DNA of 59,464 nt from Pirellulales bacterium (GTDB taxonomy: Bacteria > Planctomycetota > Planctomycetia > Pirellulales > PALSA-1355): positions 1 to 59,464 of the forward strand of contig DATJEN010000073.1 of assembly GCA_035496575.1 (NCBI GenBank), read 5' to 3'. Position numbers and translations under genes: made by a program. The first letter of the stretch is position 1; the number at the start of each line of letters is the position of its first letter. The notes beneath the pieces are model-generated. The model did no database searches and was not told the origin of the DNA. It saw nothing but the letters and a program-made list of their open reading frames with translations. Shown piece by piece: positions 18,348 through 27,807 of the stretch.

Positions 18348-19327
18348 GCGTGTGTCGGCTCAGACTCCCCCAATGAATGCTTGTAGCTGGCCAGAATCGT
18401 ACTGCCGGCCTTCACTTTCTCGTCCGCGAGCACTCGAATCTCCAGGGATGGATCGTCCGGACAAATCAGCTCCGTCCGCGAGCCCAGCTTGATCATCCCG
18501 AATTTGTGTCCGCATGCAATGCGTTCGTCACTACGCAAATTGCACACAATGCGGCGGGCGAATAATCCAGCGATCTGGCGGACCACCAGCCGGCGATGCG
18601 GCGGATCAAGCTCCTCCAGCCCAATCCACAGATTCTCGTTTCTGAGCGTGCTCTCGGGATTGAGTGCGTTCAAGAATTGCCCCGGAGAATATCGCAATCG
18701 AAGGACCCGGGCAGCCGCAGGTGAGCGATTGACGTGTACGTTGAAAATCGAAAGAAAAATACCGATGCGGACGGCCGGACCGCCGATGAATTCGTCGTGC
18801 TCGAGCCGCGTGATCTCGGCGATGACTCCGTCGGCAGGTGAGACGAGTAGGCCCGGCTCGCTCGGCACCCGCCGCGGCGGATCGCGGAAAAACCAAACTA
18901 CCAGCCCACACACGACAAGCGGCGGCACGGCCAGCAGCCAGTGAAACCACCCGCCCAATACGGCAATCGCAATGAGCGGATAGCTCATCAATTGCAATTC
19001 GGCCAGGCCCCAGCGGGCAAACGGCAATCGCTGGCGCCAGCGAAACGGGTCATCCCGTTCGTCCCAGTCGCAATCGCATACGTTTCGGCAGTACTTGAGA
19101 TCGCGGGGATCGAGGATTGGGTGGGGAGCACCCTCGGTCGAACCATGCCGGAGCGCCGCCATTCGCCGAACATAGCCCGCTCGGAATGTCCGCAAGTACC
19201 CGCGACGCAACCGGCCCCAGGCCAATTCAATTCGGTAACATGCACCACCGCCGGGCTGCACGCTGCGCAAATTCTGCGGAAGCGGCTCGGCCTCAAGGCA
19301 CGGGGAAGTGGGTTCGACTTTGGTCAT
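18344..19327 (-). CDS. psd: phosphatidylserine decarboxylase (short Psd type) with an approximately 113-aa N-terminal extension
   Basis: The core reads LLVSPADGVIAEI...IFLSIFNVHVNRSP...MIKLGSRTE. The N-terminal 113 aa (18989..19327) are basic and Cys-containing and look coding by codon pattern. Confidence 0.8.
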   Translation of the reverse strand: MTKVEPTSPCLEAEPLPQNLRSVQPGGGACYRIELAWGRLRRGYLRTFRAGYVRRMAALRHGSTEGAPHPILDPRDLKYCRNVCDCDWDERDDPFRWRQRLPFARWGLAELQLMSYPLIAIAVLGGWFHWLLAVPPLVVCGLVVWFFRDPPRRVPSEPGLLVSPADGVIAEITRLEHDEFIGGPAVRIGIFLSIFNVHVNRSPAAARVLRLRYSPGQFLNALNPESTLRNENLWIGLEELDPPHRRLVVRQIAGLFARRIVCNLRSDERIACGHKFGMIKLGSRTELICPDDPSLEIRVLADEKVKAGSTILASYKHSLGESEPTHA

Positions 19328-19498
19328 TTCTCGCTCATTCTCGCGGGTCGGCTACGTCAATCCTACCTGCCCCCCATTGCATTGAGAAGGAAAGCAGCCG
19401 CTCAACACGCCTTAGGGGCGACCGAGGGGCATGCCGCAGCCCGAGCATCTGGCATATACTGAGGGAATCTTTGCACTGTGAAACGTTGATCTATTGCC

Positions 19499-20596
19499 AT
19501 GCGCGAGCTCGTTCATCAATTGTTTGGCGCAAGTGACGCTGGCCGACGTGTCGCTTGTTGTCGGCTCGTTGAGACGCGCGGATCGACGCCACAAAAGCCC
19601 GGCGCCGCCATGCTGGTTTTCGAAGATGGCTCGCAGGCCGGCACCCTGGGCGGTGGTTGCGTGGAAGCCGAGGTCAAGCGACAGGCCCTCGCCACCCTTT
19701 CAAGCCGCAGCGCGTCGGTCGTTACCTTCCAACTGGATGACGATTACGGCTGGGATGACGGGCTGATTTGCGGCGGTCGGATGCAAGTGCTCATCGACCC
19801 GCTGGCAGAGTCCAGCGATCGCGACTATTACTCGATAGTTCAGCGGCTCGCCGACCAAGGCGCAGGCCTGACCGAAGCCATTGTGTTCGACACCGAGGCG
19901 AGCGGACTGCCCGCCGGCGCTACGTACATGTTCGATGAAGCAGGTGAGCTGTTGGCACATGTGCGCGGCCCCCTTGAAGGAGGCGCGCCGCCCCATGCGG
20001 TTCGCGCTGGCGTCGTGCCGCTTACTACCCGTCCGCGACCTTCCGCCGCGCACGGAGTTGCCTATCTGCCTTTGTTGCCTCGCTGCCGGTTGTTGATCGT
20101 CGGCGGCGGGCACGTCGGGCAGGCGGTCGCCGGTTTAGCCGCGGAGCTGGAGTTCGACGTGTGGGTCGTCGATGATCGCGCCGAATATGTGACCGAGGCC
20201 CGCTTCCCAAGCGCCGAGCGTCGCATTTCGGGCATCATTGGCGAGATTCTGCCGTCGATCGAAGTGACTCCCAACACCTACTGCTTGATTGTGACGCGCG
20301 GCCACAATCACGATGAAGAAGCGCTCTATCACCTCGTCGATCGTGGCGCCCGTTACGTGGGCATGATCGGCAGCAAGCGCAAGATTAAGCTGATTTTCGA
20401 CGACTTGCTGTCCGAGGGCATCTCGCGCGAGCTTTTGAACCAGGTCTACGCGCCAGTCGGCTTAGATATCGGATCGCAAACGGTCATGGAGATCGCTGTC
20501 AGCATCACCGCCGAGCTCGTGGCCCACCGGAACCTGGGCGTGGCCGGCAATCACACTCGCAAGCGGCAGTTGGCACACAGCGGCCTGTCCACATAG
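19499..20596 (+). CDS. XdhC/CoxI-family molybdenum-cofactor insertion accessory protein
   Basis: N-terminal XdhC_CoxI-like block (ETRGSTPQKPGAAMLV, GTLGGGCVE) plus a Rossmann-like XdhC_C block (LLIVGGGHVGQAVA, YVGMIGSKRK). Confidence 0.85.
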   Translation: MRELVHQLFGASDAGRRVACCRLVETRGSTPQKPGAAMLVFEDGSQAGTLGGGCVEAEVKRQALATLSSRSASVVTFQLDDDYGWDDGLICGGRMQVLIDPLAESSDRDYYSIVQRLADQGAGLTEAIVFDTEASGLPAGATYMFDEAGELLAHVRGPLEGGAPPHAVRAGVVPLTTRPRPSAAHGVAYLPLLPRCRLLIVGGGHVGQAVAGLAAELEFDVWVVDDRAEYVTEARFPSAERRISGIIGEILPSIEVTPNTYCLIVTRGHNHDEEALYHLVDRGARYVGMIGSKRKIKLIFDDLLSEGISRELLNQVYAPVGLDIGSQTVMEIAVSITAELVAHRNLGVAGNHTRKRQLAHSGLST

Positions 20597-20652
20597 CACG
20601 CCATTCATTTTCAGTTGGCCCGCCACTCGCGCTTGCCTAACGAGTAATCGAC

Positions 20653-21267
20653 ATGCAGAGCTTCGGGATCGTTCCGGCCGCTGGTCGCAGCAGTCGCATG
20701 GGAACTCCGAAGTTGCTTTTGCCTTGGGGGGATGAGACGCTCATCGCGAGCGTTTTGCAGGCTTGGCGCTCGAGCCGCGTCGCTCGCGTGGTGGCCGTCG
20801 TTCATCCGGAAGACGACGAACTTGCGCGTGTGTGCACTCGCGCGGGGGTCGAGGTCGTGCAGCCGGCAACTCCGCCGCCGGACATGAAAGCTTCGGTTCG
20901 CGCGGCGCTTGCGCATTTGCAGAAACTAAAGCCAGATCACGAAGATGCGTGGCTGGTCGCACCGGCTGATATCCCCGGCATCACGGCCGAGCGGATCGAC
21001 ACGATGATCGCAGCGTACGAATCGGACGCTCGCGATCGCCCAGCGCACGCTGATCTGTGGGTGCCGGTCCATGATGGCCGGCGAGGTCATCCCCTCCTCG
21101 GCCAGTGGGGCATCGCTCGTGCGCTCGACGATTTGAGCGAGAACGAGGGGGTCAGCGCGCTATTCGAGCGGCTGCGCGTGCAAGAGGTAGAGCTGCCGGC
21201 AGCACCACTCGACGACGTGGACACGCCCGCCGATTACGAGAGGCTGCGCCCCGGCCAATCAGGGTGA
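20653..21267 (+). CDS. MobA-like NTP transferase (molybdenum cofactor cytidylyltransferase MocA-like)
   Basis: GIVPAAGRSSRMGTPKLLLPW is the N-terminal signature of the MobA/MocA family. 204 aa. Confidence 0.8.
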   Translation: MQSFGIVPAAGRSSRMGTPKLLLPWGDETLIASVLQAWRSSRVARVVAVVHPEDDELARVCTRAGVEVVQPATPPPDMKASVRAALAHLQKLKPDHEDAWLVAPADIPGITAERIDTMIAAYESDARDRPAHADLWVPVHDGRRGHPLLGQWGIARALDDLSENEGVSALFERLRVQEVELPAAPLDDVDTPADYERLRPGQSG

Positions 21268-21345
21268 TTACGGGCGGCGACCCTTTTCTCGATCTCACGC
21301 CGCTCATACCTTTAAGACAAGAAACGGGTCGAGCCGGAACGGACG

Positions 21346-23874
21346 ATGATGAGGCGATCTTTGAAGATGCGGTGCACCTGGCGCGCGGCCTGGCTTGCCC
21401 TGGCGGCGTGCGCCGCGATTTGCCCACGAGGCGCACTGGCTGCGGATCCTGCTCCCAGCAACGGGAGTAATATCAGCCCGAGCAACAGCAAGGTGCCGCC
21501 CAGGCCAAAGCCGCCTTTTGAAACCTTCCGCGTTTTTTCCGAGCCCAACGAAAAATCTTTTACCGATCCAAAGGCCAAAGACGGCGGGCGAATCGTTCAG
21601 GCCATCAAGCCCAATCATTGGGCGAACGTGCTGGTGGAAACGAAAGCCAACCAGTTCGACTTCACGGGCACGCTGATTTCCGCGGCCCTCGATAGCCAAC
21701 AGCGGCCGATTCCTCTCGAGCGCAATTCGTTTTCTTTGGCGACCGAGCGCGCGGCTTCACTTCCCAAGGGCCAGCGGAAGTCGATGGAGGCGTTAGTGTT
21801 TCCTGCGCGTTCGCGGCACACGACGACCCAGGTTTCAAACCGGCTGGAAACAGCGCAACACGTCGACGATTCGCCTGCTTATGGCGACACGCTGTCGCAC
21901 ATGCCGAGTTATCAATATTTCATGCTCGTGTTGGCGCGAGACCCCGATCGCTACCGGTATTTGAAGTTGCTCGACAGTGTTCGCTCGCGCGGCATCTCCA
22001 ATGCCCAAAGTCTCGATGAGGCGGCGTTCTACCGGCTCATCATGCCGCCCACCAATCTGCCGCTGGCTCTGCCCTCGCACCCGCTTTGTTGGACGACGAT
22101 CGCGGTTCTGTTGTGGGATGACGTTCCCTCTGGCGCAGTGGGGTCCGACCAGGAGCAATCGCTGATCGATTGGCTGCACTGGGGCGGCACATTGGTCGTG
22201 AGTGGGCCGCATTCGCTGGATACTCTGCGCGGGACAGCCCTGGCGTCCTACCTGCCTGCCACGTCGCTCGGCACTCGTCCGCTCGATGCGACGGCGCTTG
22301 CCGAGCTGAGTTCGAGGTGGACGGTTGCGAATGCGCAGGGTGAGCGGACGGAGCTTGCGCCCGCCGCAGCCTGGTCCGGAGTGGAATGGAACAAGGACCT
22401 TGCCGCCGAGTTTGTCCCAGGCACCGGCAACCTGGTGGTCGAACGCAGGGTCGGGCGCGGCAGAATCGTATGCACGAGCTTTGCCTTGAGCGAGCCTGAG
22501 CTGTGGCAATGGCCGAGCTACGACAGCTTTTTTAATGGCGCGATCTTGCGCCGTCCGCAGCGCACGTTCGATCCTGTCACAGGCGGATTCCGGCTGGTCG
22601 AAGGAGACACGTTCGACCCGGCACTCGTCACCAAGGTGCGATATTTGAGTCGAGATGCCATCGACCCGCACGCGGACGAAACCGTTCCGCTTCGGATGGC
22701 CCTCGACATCGGGCCACAAGGACCCGCCTGGCTGTCGCCGCGTCGCGATGAGGCCAGCGGCCGCGAGGGGCTTCTGCGACTGGATCAGGCTGACCTCTAC
22801 AAGACGGAGCCGGGCGTGGCCGCCTGGAATGATTTCAGCGGCGTCTCCTCGGCGGCGCGACTCACGCTGCGGGAAGCGGCCGGCATCACCGTCCCCAATC
22901 GACGCTTTGTGTTGTGGATGCTGGGCGTGTACTTGATCGCCATCGTGCCGCTCAATTGGCTGTTCTTTCGTTTGCTGGGACATGTGGAATGGGCCTGGTT
23001 TGCAGTGCCCATTTTCGCGGTGGGTTGGGGCGGCGCGGTGATCTGGCTGGCCCAGTTGGACATTGGCTTCGCCCGCTCGCAAACGGAAGTGGATGTGCTG
23101 GAGCTGCACAACGGCTACTCGCGCGCGCATCTGACGCGTTATGCCGCGTTGTATAGTTCGCTGTCTTCGAGCTATGACGTGCAGTTCGACAGCCGCTCGG
23201 CCGTGGCCCAGCCCTTCTCGCCGGATGTCGAGTTGCTAAAAGACCAGGGCGTTTCGACCGTCGTCCTGCAATCGGGCGACGAGCCGCACTTGCGCAGCTT
23301 TCCTGTGTCGTCAAACGCTACCGGAATGTTGCACACAGAAGAAATGTTCGAGCTCGATGGCCCGCTCGTGCTGAGCGAATCGGCCGATCAATTGTTGCTT
23401 GAAAACCGCACGGGCTTTGCACTCTCGGGCGCGGCGATCTTGCGCCGCGGCCAGGACGAGGATCAAGTCGCAGGCGAGGTGGCATGGTTGGGTGAAGTTG
23501 GCGCTGGAGCAACTCGCGAGGTGCTTTTCGAGCCATATCGGGCACGAGTCCTGCAGCGGGCGCGGGCCTCGAACAGCCTGACCGCCTCGCGCCGACTGGA
23601 AGGCTCGCTGAGCCTGCTGCGGCTGCTACGATGTACTGAAGATCTCGCGGCGCTCGAGCCCGGCGAAGTCCGGCTCGTGGCCTGGTACGATGGCGCCATG
23701 GAAGGCATGCACATCGAGCCTTCCGCACCGCAGGCCCGGCGCGCCACACTTGTGATTGCGCATCTGGGTTTTGCGCCCTTGGAACCGCCCGCGCCCGACC
23801 TTAGCTTGCGCGTCGATAGTCCGCGCAGACCGGCAGTGGACGAGCCAGCGGCCCCCATTGAGGCCACGCCATGA
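21346..23874 (+). CDS. large exported membrane-anchored protein (842 aa), unknown function, possibly GldG/ABC-accessory-like
   Basis: Signal peptide (WRAAWLALAACAAICPRGALA). Two adjacent TM helices (FVLWMLGVYLIAIVPLNWLFF, WAWFAVPIFAVGWGGAVIWLAQL). A LIDWLHWGGTLVVSGPHSL block resembles class-I amidotransferase-like accessory domains. The stop overlaps the next ATG. Confidence 0.7.
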   Translation: MMRRSLKMRCTWRAAWLALAACAAICPRGALAADPAPSNGSNISPSNSKVPPRPKPPFETFRVFSEPNEKSFTDPKAKDGGRIVQAIKPNHWANVLVETKANQFDFTGTLISAALDSQQRPIPLERNSFSLATERAASLPKGQRKSMEALVFPARSRHTTTQVSNRLETAQHVDDSPAYGDTLSHMPSYQYFMLVLARDPDRYRYLKLLDSVRSRGISNAQSLDEAAFYRLIMPPTNLPLALPSHPLCWTTIAVLLWDDVPSGAVGSDQEQSLIDWLHWGGTLVVSGPHSLDTLRGTALASYLPATSLGTRPLDATALAELSSRWTVANAQGERTELAPAAAWSGVEWNKDLAAEFVPGTGNLVVERRVGRGRIVCTSFALSEPELWQWPSYDSFFNGAILRRPQRTFDPVTGGFRLVEGDTFDPALVTKVRYLSRDAIDPHADETVPLRMALDIGPQGPAWLSPRRDEASGREGLLRLDQADLYKTEPGVAAWNDFSGVSSAARLTLREAAGITVPNRRFVLWMLGVYLIAIVPLNWLFFRLLGHVEWAWFAVPIFAVGWGGAVIWLAQLDIGFARSQTEVDVLELHNGYSRAHLTRYAALYSSLSSSYDVQFDSRSAVAQPFSPDVELLKDQGVSTVVLQSGDEPHLRSFPVSSNATGMLHTEEMFELDGPLVLSESADQLLLENRTGFALSGAAILRRGQDEDQVAGEVAWLGEVGAGATREVLFEPYRARVLQRARASNSLTASRRLEGSLSLLRLLRCTEDLAALEPGEVRLVAWYDGAMEGMHIEPSAPQARRATLVIAHLGFAPLEPPAPDLSLRVDSPRRPAVDEPAAPIEATP

Positions 23875-24797
23875 TCGAGCTCGTCAGCTTCACCAAGAAA
23901 TACGGCGACTTTACCGCCGTCGAGAACCTCAGCCTGCGCATCGCGCCGGGCGAAATATTCGGGTTCATTGGTCCCAACGGCGCCGGCAAGAGCACCACCA
24001 TCCGCTTCTTGACCACGCTGCTCACGGCCACGCACGGCGAGGGAATCGTGAACGGCTTTAGCGTGACCAAGGAACCGCTCGCGGTGCGCCGTAGCGTAGG
24101 CTACATGCCCGACAACTTCGGCGTGTACGACGGCATGAAGGTGTGGGAGTTTCTGGATTTTTTCGCCGTGGCCTACCAGATTCCGCGGAGCAGGCGAAAG
24201 CAGGTCATCGAGGACGTCCTGGAACTGCTCGACCTGTCGCACAAGCGAGACGACTTCGTCAATGGCCTGTCACGCGGCATGAAGCAGAGACTGTGCCTGG
24301 CCAAGACCCTGGTGCACGATCCGCCCGTCTTGATCTTGGACGAGCCTTCGAGCGGGCTCGATCCGCGGGCGCGCTTGGAGGTCAAGGCGCTGTTGCGCGA
24401 GCTGCGCCGCATGGGCAAAACCATTCTGATCTCCAGCCACATCCTTACCGAGCTGGCCGATTGCTGCACGTCGATCGGCATCATCGAGCGCGGACAGCTC
24501 TTGATGCATGGTCCGATCGAGGATGTGTATCGTCAGATCCGCGGCAATCGCGTGGTGGAGATTCGCTTTCTGGATCAGATGGAGCTCGGCCTGTCGATCA
24601 TTCGCCAGTGCGCCGCCACGCGCGACGTGGTCGTCGAAGATCATCAGGCGACGATCGAGTTGTCGGCGGATGATCAGCAAGTGGCCGAGCTGCTGGAAAG
24701 CTTGTCGCGCGCGGGCGTGCGCATGCGCTCGTTTCATGAAAAGGATCCGACGCTGGAAGACGTGTTCATGCTCGTCACGAAGGGGCTCGTGATCTGA
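23871..24797 (+). CDS. ABC transporter ATP-binding protein (ABC-2/NatA-like, with C-terminal accessory domain)
   Basis: Walker A GPNGAGKST, signature LSRGMKQRL, Walker B VLILDEPSSGLD and H-loop SSHIL are all present. ATGA overlap with the upstream ORF at 23871-23874. Confidence 0.9.
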   Translation: MIELVSFTKKYGDFTAVENLSLRIAPGEIFGFIGPNGAGKSTTIRFLTTLLTATHGEGIVNGFSVTKEPLAVRRSVGYMPDNFGVYDGMKVWEFLDFFAVAYQIPRSRRKQVIEDVLELLDLSHKRDDFVNGLSRGMKQRLCLAKTLVHDPPVLILDEPSSGLDPRARLEVKALLRELRRMGKTILISSHILTELADCCTSIGIIERGQLLMHGPIEDVYRQIRGNRVVEIRFLDQMELGLSIIRQCAATRDVVVEDHQATIELSADDQQVAELLESLSRAGVRMRSFHEKDPTLEDVFMLVTKGLVI

Positions 24798-24813
24798 GCA
24801 GGGTTCAAGTCGC

Positions 24814-25353
24814 TCAGTTGATCACGACGAGCTGCCAGGGGCCGGGGTCGCGGCGTTCCCATTCCTTGCGCGCTTCGCTGAGCCCAAAGGCGCACAGCTC
24901 GAACTCTTCGCTGAGCCGCTCGAGCAAGTCGGAGTCAACTTCTTCCTGCTCGGTCGGAATGGTGCTGGCAATGTAATAAGCGCGTTTGCCCTGTTGGCAG
25001 TAATCCGAGAACTGCCCGTGCTTCAAGTGGCTTTTGCCGTGCGAGGCGCCCAGCGCCTCGGGATAGACGCCGGTCCAGAACAGCGTGTAGTCGCCGATGT
25101 GGCGGTGCACCTCGCGACGCGCGTTGCCAATCCGCGCCTCGGCTTCGGCCAGCATTTGTCCGACTTCCCCCAGACGGTCGCCCGATACGCTACGAAGTTT
25201 GAACAACGAATCGCAACGGATGAAACGCGCGAGCAGGTCGGCCATGTAGTCGACCAGCGGCGGATCGGCGATTCCCAAACGCGACTCAAACGCGTACTCC
25301 GCCACTCCCGCGAAAAAGTCTCTCAAGGGCGCACGGGGATTATCCGCGGTCAT
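24814..25353 (-). CDS. conserved hypothetical cytoplasmic protein (179 aa)
   Basis: Strong SD on the minus strand (GGAGGAGG, 8-9 nt before the ATG at 25353). Balanced composition. I recognise no family. Confidence 0.6.
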   Translation of the reverse strand: MTADNPRAPLRDFFAGVAEYAFESRLGIADPPLVDYMADLLARFIRCDSLFKLRSVSGDRLGEVGQMLAEAEARIGNARREVHRHIGDYTLFWTGVYPEALGASHGKSHLKHGQFSDYCQQGKRAYYIASTIPTEQEEVDSDLLERLSEEFELCAFGLSEARKEWERRDPGPWQLVVIN

Positions 25354-25659
25354 GTACTAGACCTCCTCCGGTTCCACGCCAGCTACCCATCGGATTCGCA
25401 TCCTTCGGGGCAGCTATGGCCTCGAGCGCCGCGCTTGCGCTGGGTCGCAAATTCGACGCCCGACGAGTCTACTTGCATTTAATTCGGCGCACCCCATAGG
25501 GTCAAGTTCAGCTTATTTGCCGCTCTCAGCTTAGGCGAAACGAGCCGAACTTAGCTGGTGAGCTTGCGGCGGCCAGTTATACTGACGGCCGGACGGCTCA
25601 CCACACCGCCTCACACAAGCTTAGCCCGAGGTTCAACCGCGGCTCGCCAGGTTTGCTCG

Positions 25660-27807
25660 ATGTTTCGGATTGACGACCACCCCTATTGGCTCTGCGACCG
25701 CATCACCCGCCGCGAGCTGATGCGCATTGGCGGGCTGAACCTGCTTGGCCTCTCGCTGCCGACTCTGCTGCACGCCGGCCGCGCAAGCGCGGCGACCGCC
25801 GGCAATCCGCCGACCTTCGGGCGGGCGAAAAATGTGATCTACCTTTGGCTGCAAGGCGGCCCGCCGCAGCACGAAACTTTTGATCCCAAGCCCGCCGCGC
25901 CGCTCGAAATTCGCGGACCGTTCAACCCCATCGCGACCAGCGTGCCGGGCATTCACTTTTGCGAGCTCTTGCCGCGCACCGCCACCCTTGCCCACAAGCT
26001 GGCCGTCGTGCGCTCGATGTCGACCGACGACAACACCCACGACACGAGCGGCTATTGGGTGCTGACGGGCGAGAAGTATCCGTCTGGCAGCGCCCGCGAG
26101 ATCAAGCCCAGCGATTGGCCCTATTTCGGTTCGCTGGTAAAGATGCTCAAGCCCAGCGAGCGCGTGCCAGCGCTGTCGAGTGTCTGGATCCCGGACATCA
26201 TGCGGCTCAACGACAACGTGCGGCCGGCCGGGCAGACGGCCGGATTCTTGGGAGCACAATGGGAGCCCGAACGCTTCATCGGGGATCCCGCCTCGCCCGA
26301 CTATCACGTGGAAGGGCTGGCTCTGGGCGACGATATCTCGGCCCTGCGCCTGCAAAGCCGCGTATCGCTGTTCGAACAGGTCGGCCGGCATTTGCAGGAA
26401 GCCGGTCGCTCAAGCGCCACGCGCAACTTTGATGAAATTCGCCAGGCCGCGTTCGGCCTGCTGACATCCGGCAACGCACAACAAGCATTTGACGTGCGAA
26501 GCGAGCCGGACGCCGTTCGCGAGCGCTACGGAAAGAACCGCTGGGGCCAATGCGTGCTGCTCGCACGGCGCCTCATCGAGGCCGGCGTGCGGCTCGTTCA
26601 CGTCGGCTGGCCGCGCGAACCGGGCGACACCGCCGTCGACAACCCGCTGTGGGATACCCACGCCCAAAACGCCGACCGCTTGCAGGACGTGCTATGTCCG
26701 ATGTTCGATGTCGGTTTTTCCGCGCTGATTGAGGATCTCGACAGCCGCGGTTTGCTCGACGAGACCTTGGTTGTCGCCATCGCGGAGTTCGGACGAACGC
26801 CCAAGATCAACCCGTTTGGCGGGCGCGACCACTGGGGCCACGTGTTTAGCTTTGTCATGGCGGGCGCTGGGATCAGTGGCGGCCAGGTTTACGGCTCGAG
26901 CGACAAGACCGGGGGCTATCCACTGTCAGCCCGCGTGCAGCCGCAAGAGCTCACGGCCACGATCTTCCACCTGCTAGGGATTGGCCACGAAGTGACGTTT
27001 CGCGACCGCACGGGCCGCCCGCTGGCGGTCAGCAAGGGCGAACCGCTGTGGAAACTGTTGGGCACGAGTCCGGCAACGACCGAGCGGGTCACGCCTGGGG
27101 GCGACCTCGCTCTGGTGCCCGCCTACGACGACCGTCAGATCGTCGACACCGACTTCGAATCCGCTGTGCCTCTCACTCCGCATGGGTCGGCCGATCGCCA
27201 CAAGCGCTGGCAGGCTTCGCCAGTCGGCGAGCAGCTTGAGCCCGGGGCGCTGACCGTGGCCCTGCAGGAAGACACGAAGTCTTCGCGTTCTGGCCGCCGG
27301 CATGCCGTGCTCGGCTTCGCGGCGCCCCCCGCGGGCAGCACGGTCGAATTCACGGTGGGCCAGCGTGCCATGCTCTCGCAGGAAGTGCGCAGTCCTCGTG
27401 CGGGAAGATTCACCTTTTCGGCGCACGCCGCTTGCGCAAGTAGCGACGCGGCGTTCTATCGCGAAGTGTTCTCCAAGCACTTTGCTTGCCGGTTGGTGAT
27501 TTTTGGTTTTCTCGATTTGAAGAAGGACCACCGAGAGCAGCGGCGCTTTGCGACGATCGATTTTCAACCCACGTGGTCCGACGGCCCGCAAGCCCGCTAC
27601 GAGAAGTTCAGCGTGTCGGCAACGCTGCGCAGCCAGGATGGGGGCGCGATGGAGACCAGCCGCGGCATCGGCGTGGCGATCGTGGTCGAGTGCGTGCGGC
27701 CGCTGAGCTTGCCGGCATCGAACGGCTCGCCGTTCGCCATGATACACATCGATGACGTCGAGCTGGTGTTCGATCCCCGCCCGCGCGACGACAGCGTGAC
27801 GGTCTAA
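25660..27807 (+). CDS. DUF1501 (sulfatase-like) protein with TAT signal and an approximately 250-aa C-terminal beta-sandwich-like extension
   Basis: Trimmed to ATG 25660 (MFRIDDHPYWLCDRITRRELMRIGGLNLLGLSL). DUF1501 blocks are YLWLQGGPPQHETFDPKP, EFGRTPKIN...GRDHWG and SDKTGGYP. The tail ends MIHIDDVELVF. Confidence 0.85.
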   Translation: MFRIDDHPYWLCDRITRRELMRIGGLNLLGLSLPTLLHAGRASAATAGNPPTFGRAKNVIYLWLQGGPPQHETFDPKPAAPLEIRGPFNPIATSVPGIHFCELLPRTATLAHKLAVVRSMSTDDNTHDTSGYWVLTGEKYPSGSAREIKPSDWPYFGSLVKMLKPSERVPALSSVWIPDIMRLNDNVRPAGQTAGFLGAQWEPERFIGDPASPDYHVEGLALGDDISALRLQSRVSLFEQVGRHLQEAGRSSATRNFDEIRQAAFGLLTSGNAQQAFDVRSEPDAVRERYGKNRWGQCVLLARRLIEAGVRLVHVGWPREPGDTAVDNPLWDTHAQNADRLQDVLCPMFDVGFSALIEDLDSRGLLDETLVVAIAEFGRTPKINPFGGRDHWGHVFSFVMAGAGISGGQVYGSSDKTGGYPLSARVQPQELTATIFHLLGIGHEVTFRDRTGRPLAVSKGEPLWKLLGTSPATTERVTPGGDLALVPAYDDRQIVDTDFESAVPLTPHGSADRHKRWQASPVGEQLEPGALTVALQEDTKSSRSGRRHAVLGFAAPPAGSTVEFTVGQRAMLSQEVRSPRAGRFTFSAHAACASSDAAFYREVFSKHFACRLVIFGFLDLKKDHREQRRFATIDFQPTWSDGPQARYEKFSVSATLRSQDGGAMETSRGIGVAIVVECVRPLSLPASNGSPFAMIHIDDVELVFDPRPRDDSVTV

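Noticed and set aside
27154-27162. tRNA T-arm-like TTCGAATCC
   Set aside because: It lies inside the DUF1501 coding frame, with no acceptor or anticodon stems around it.
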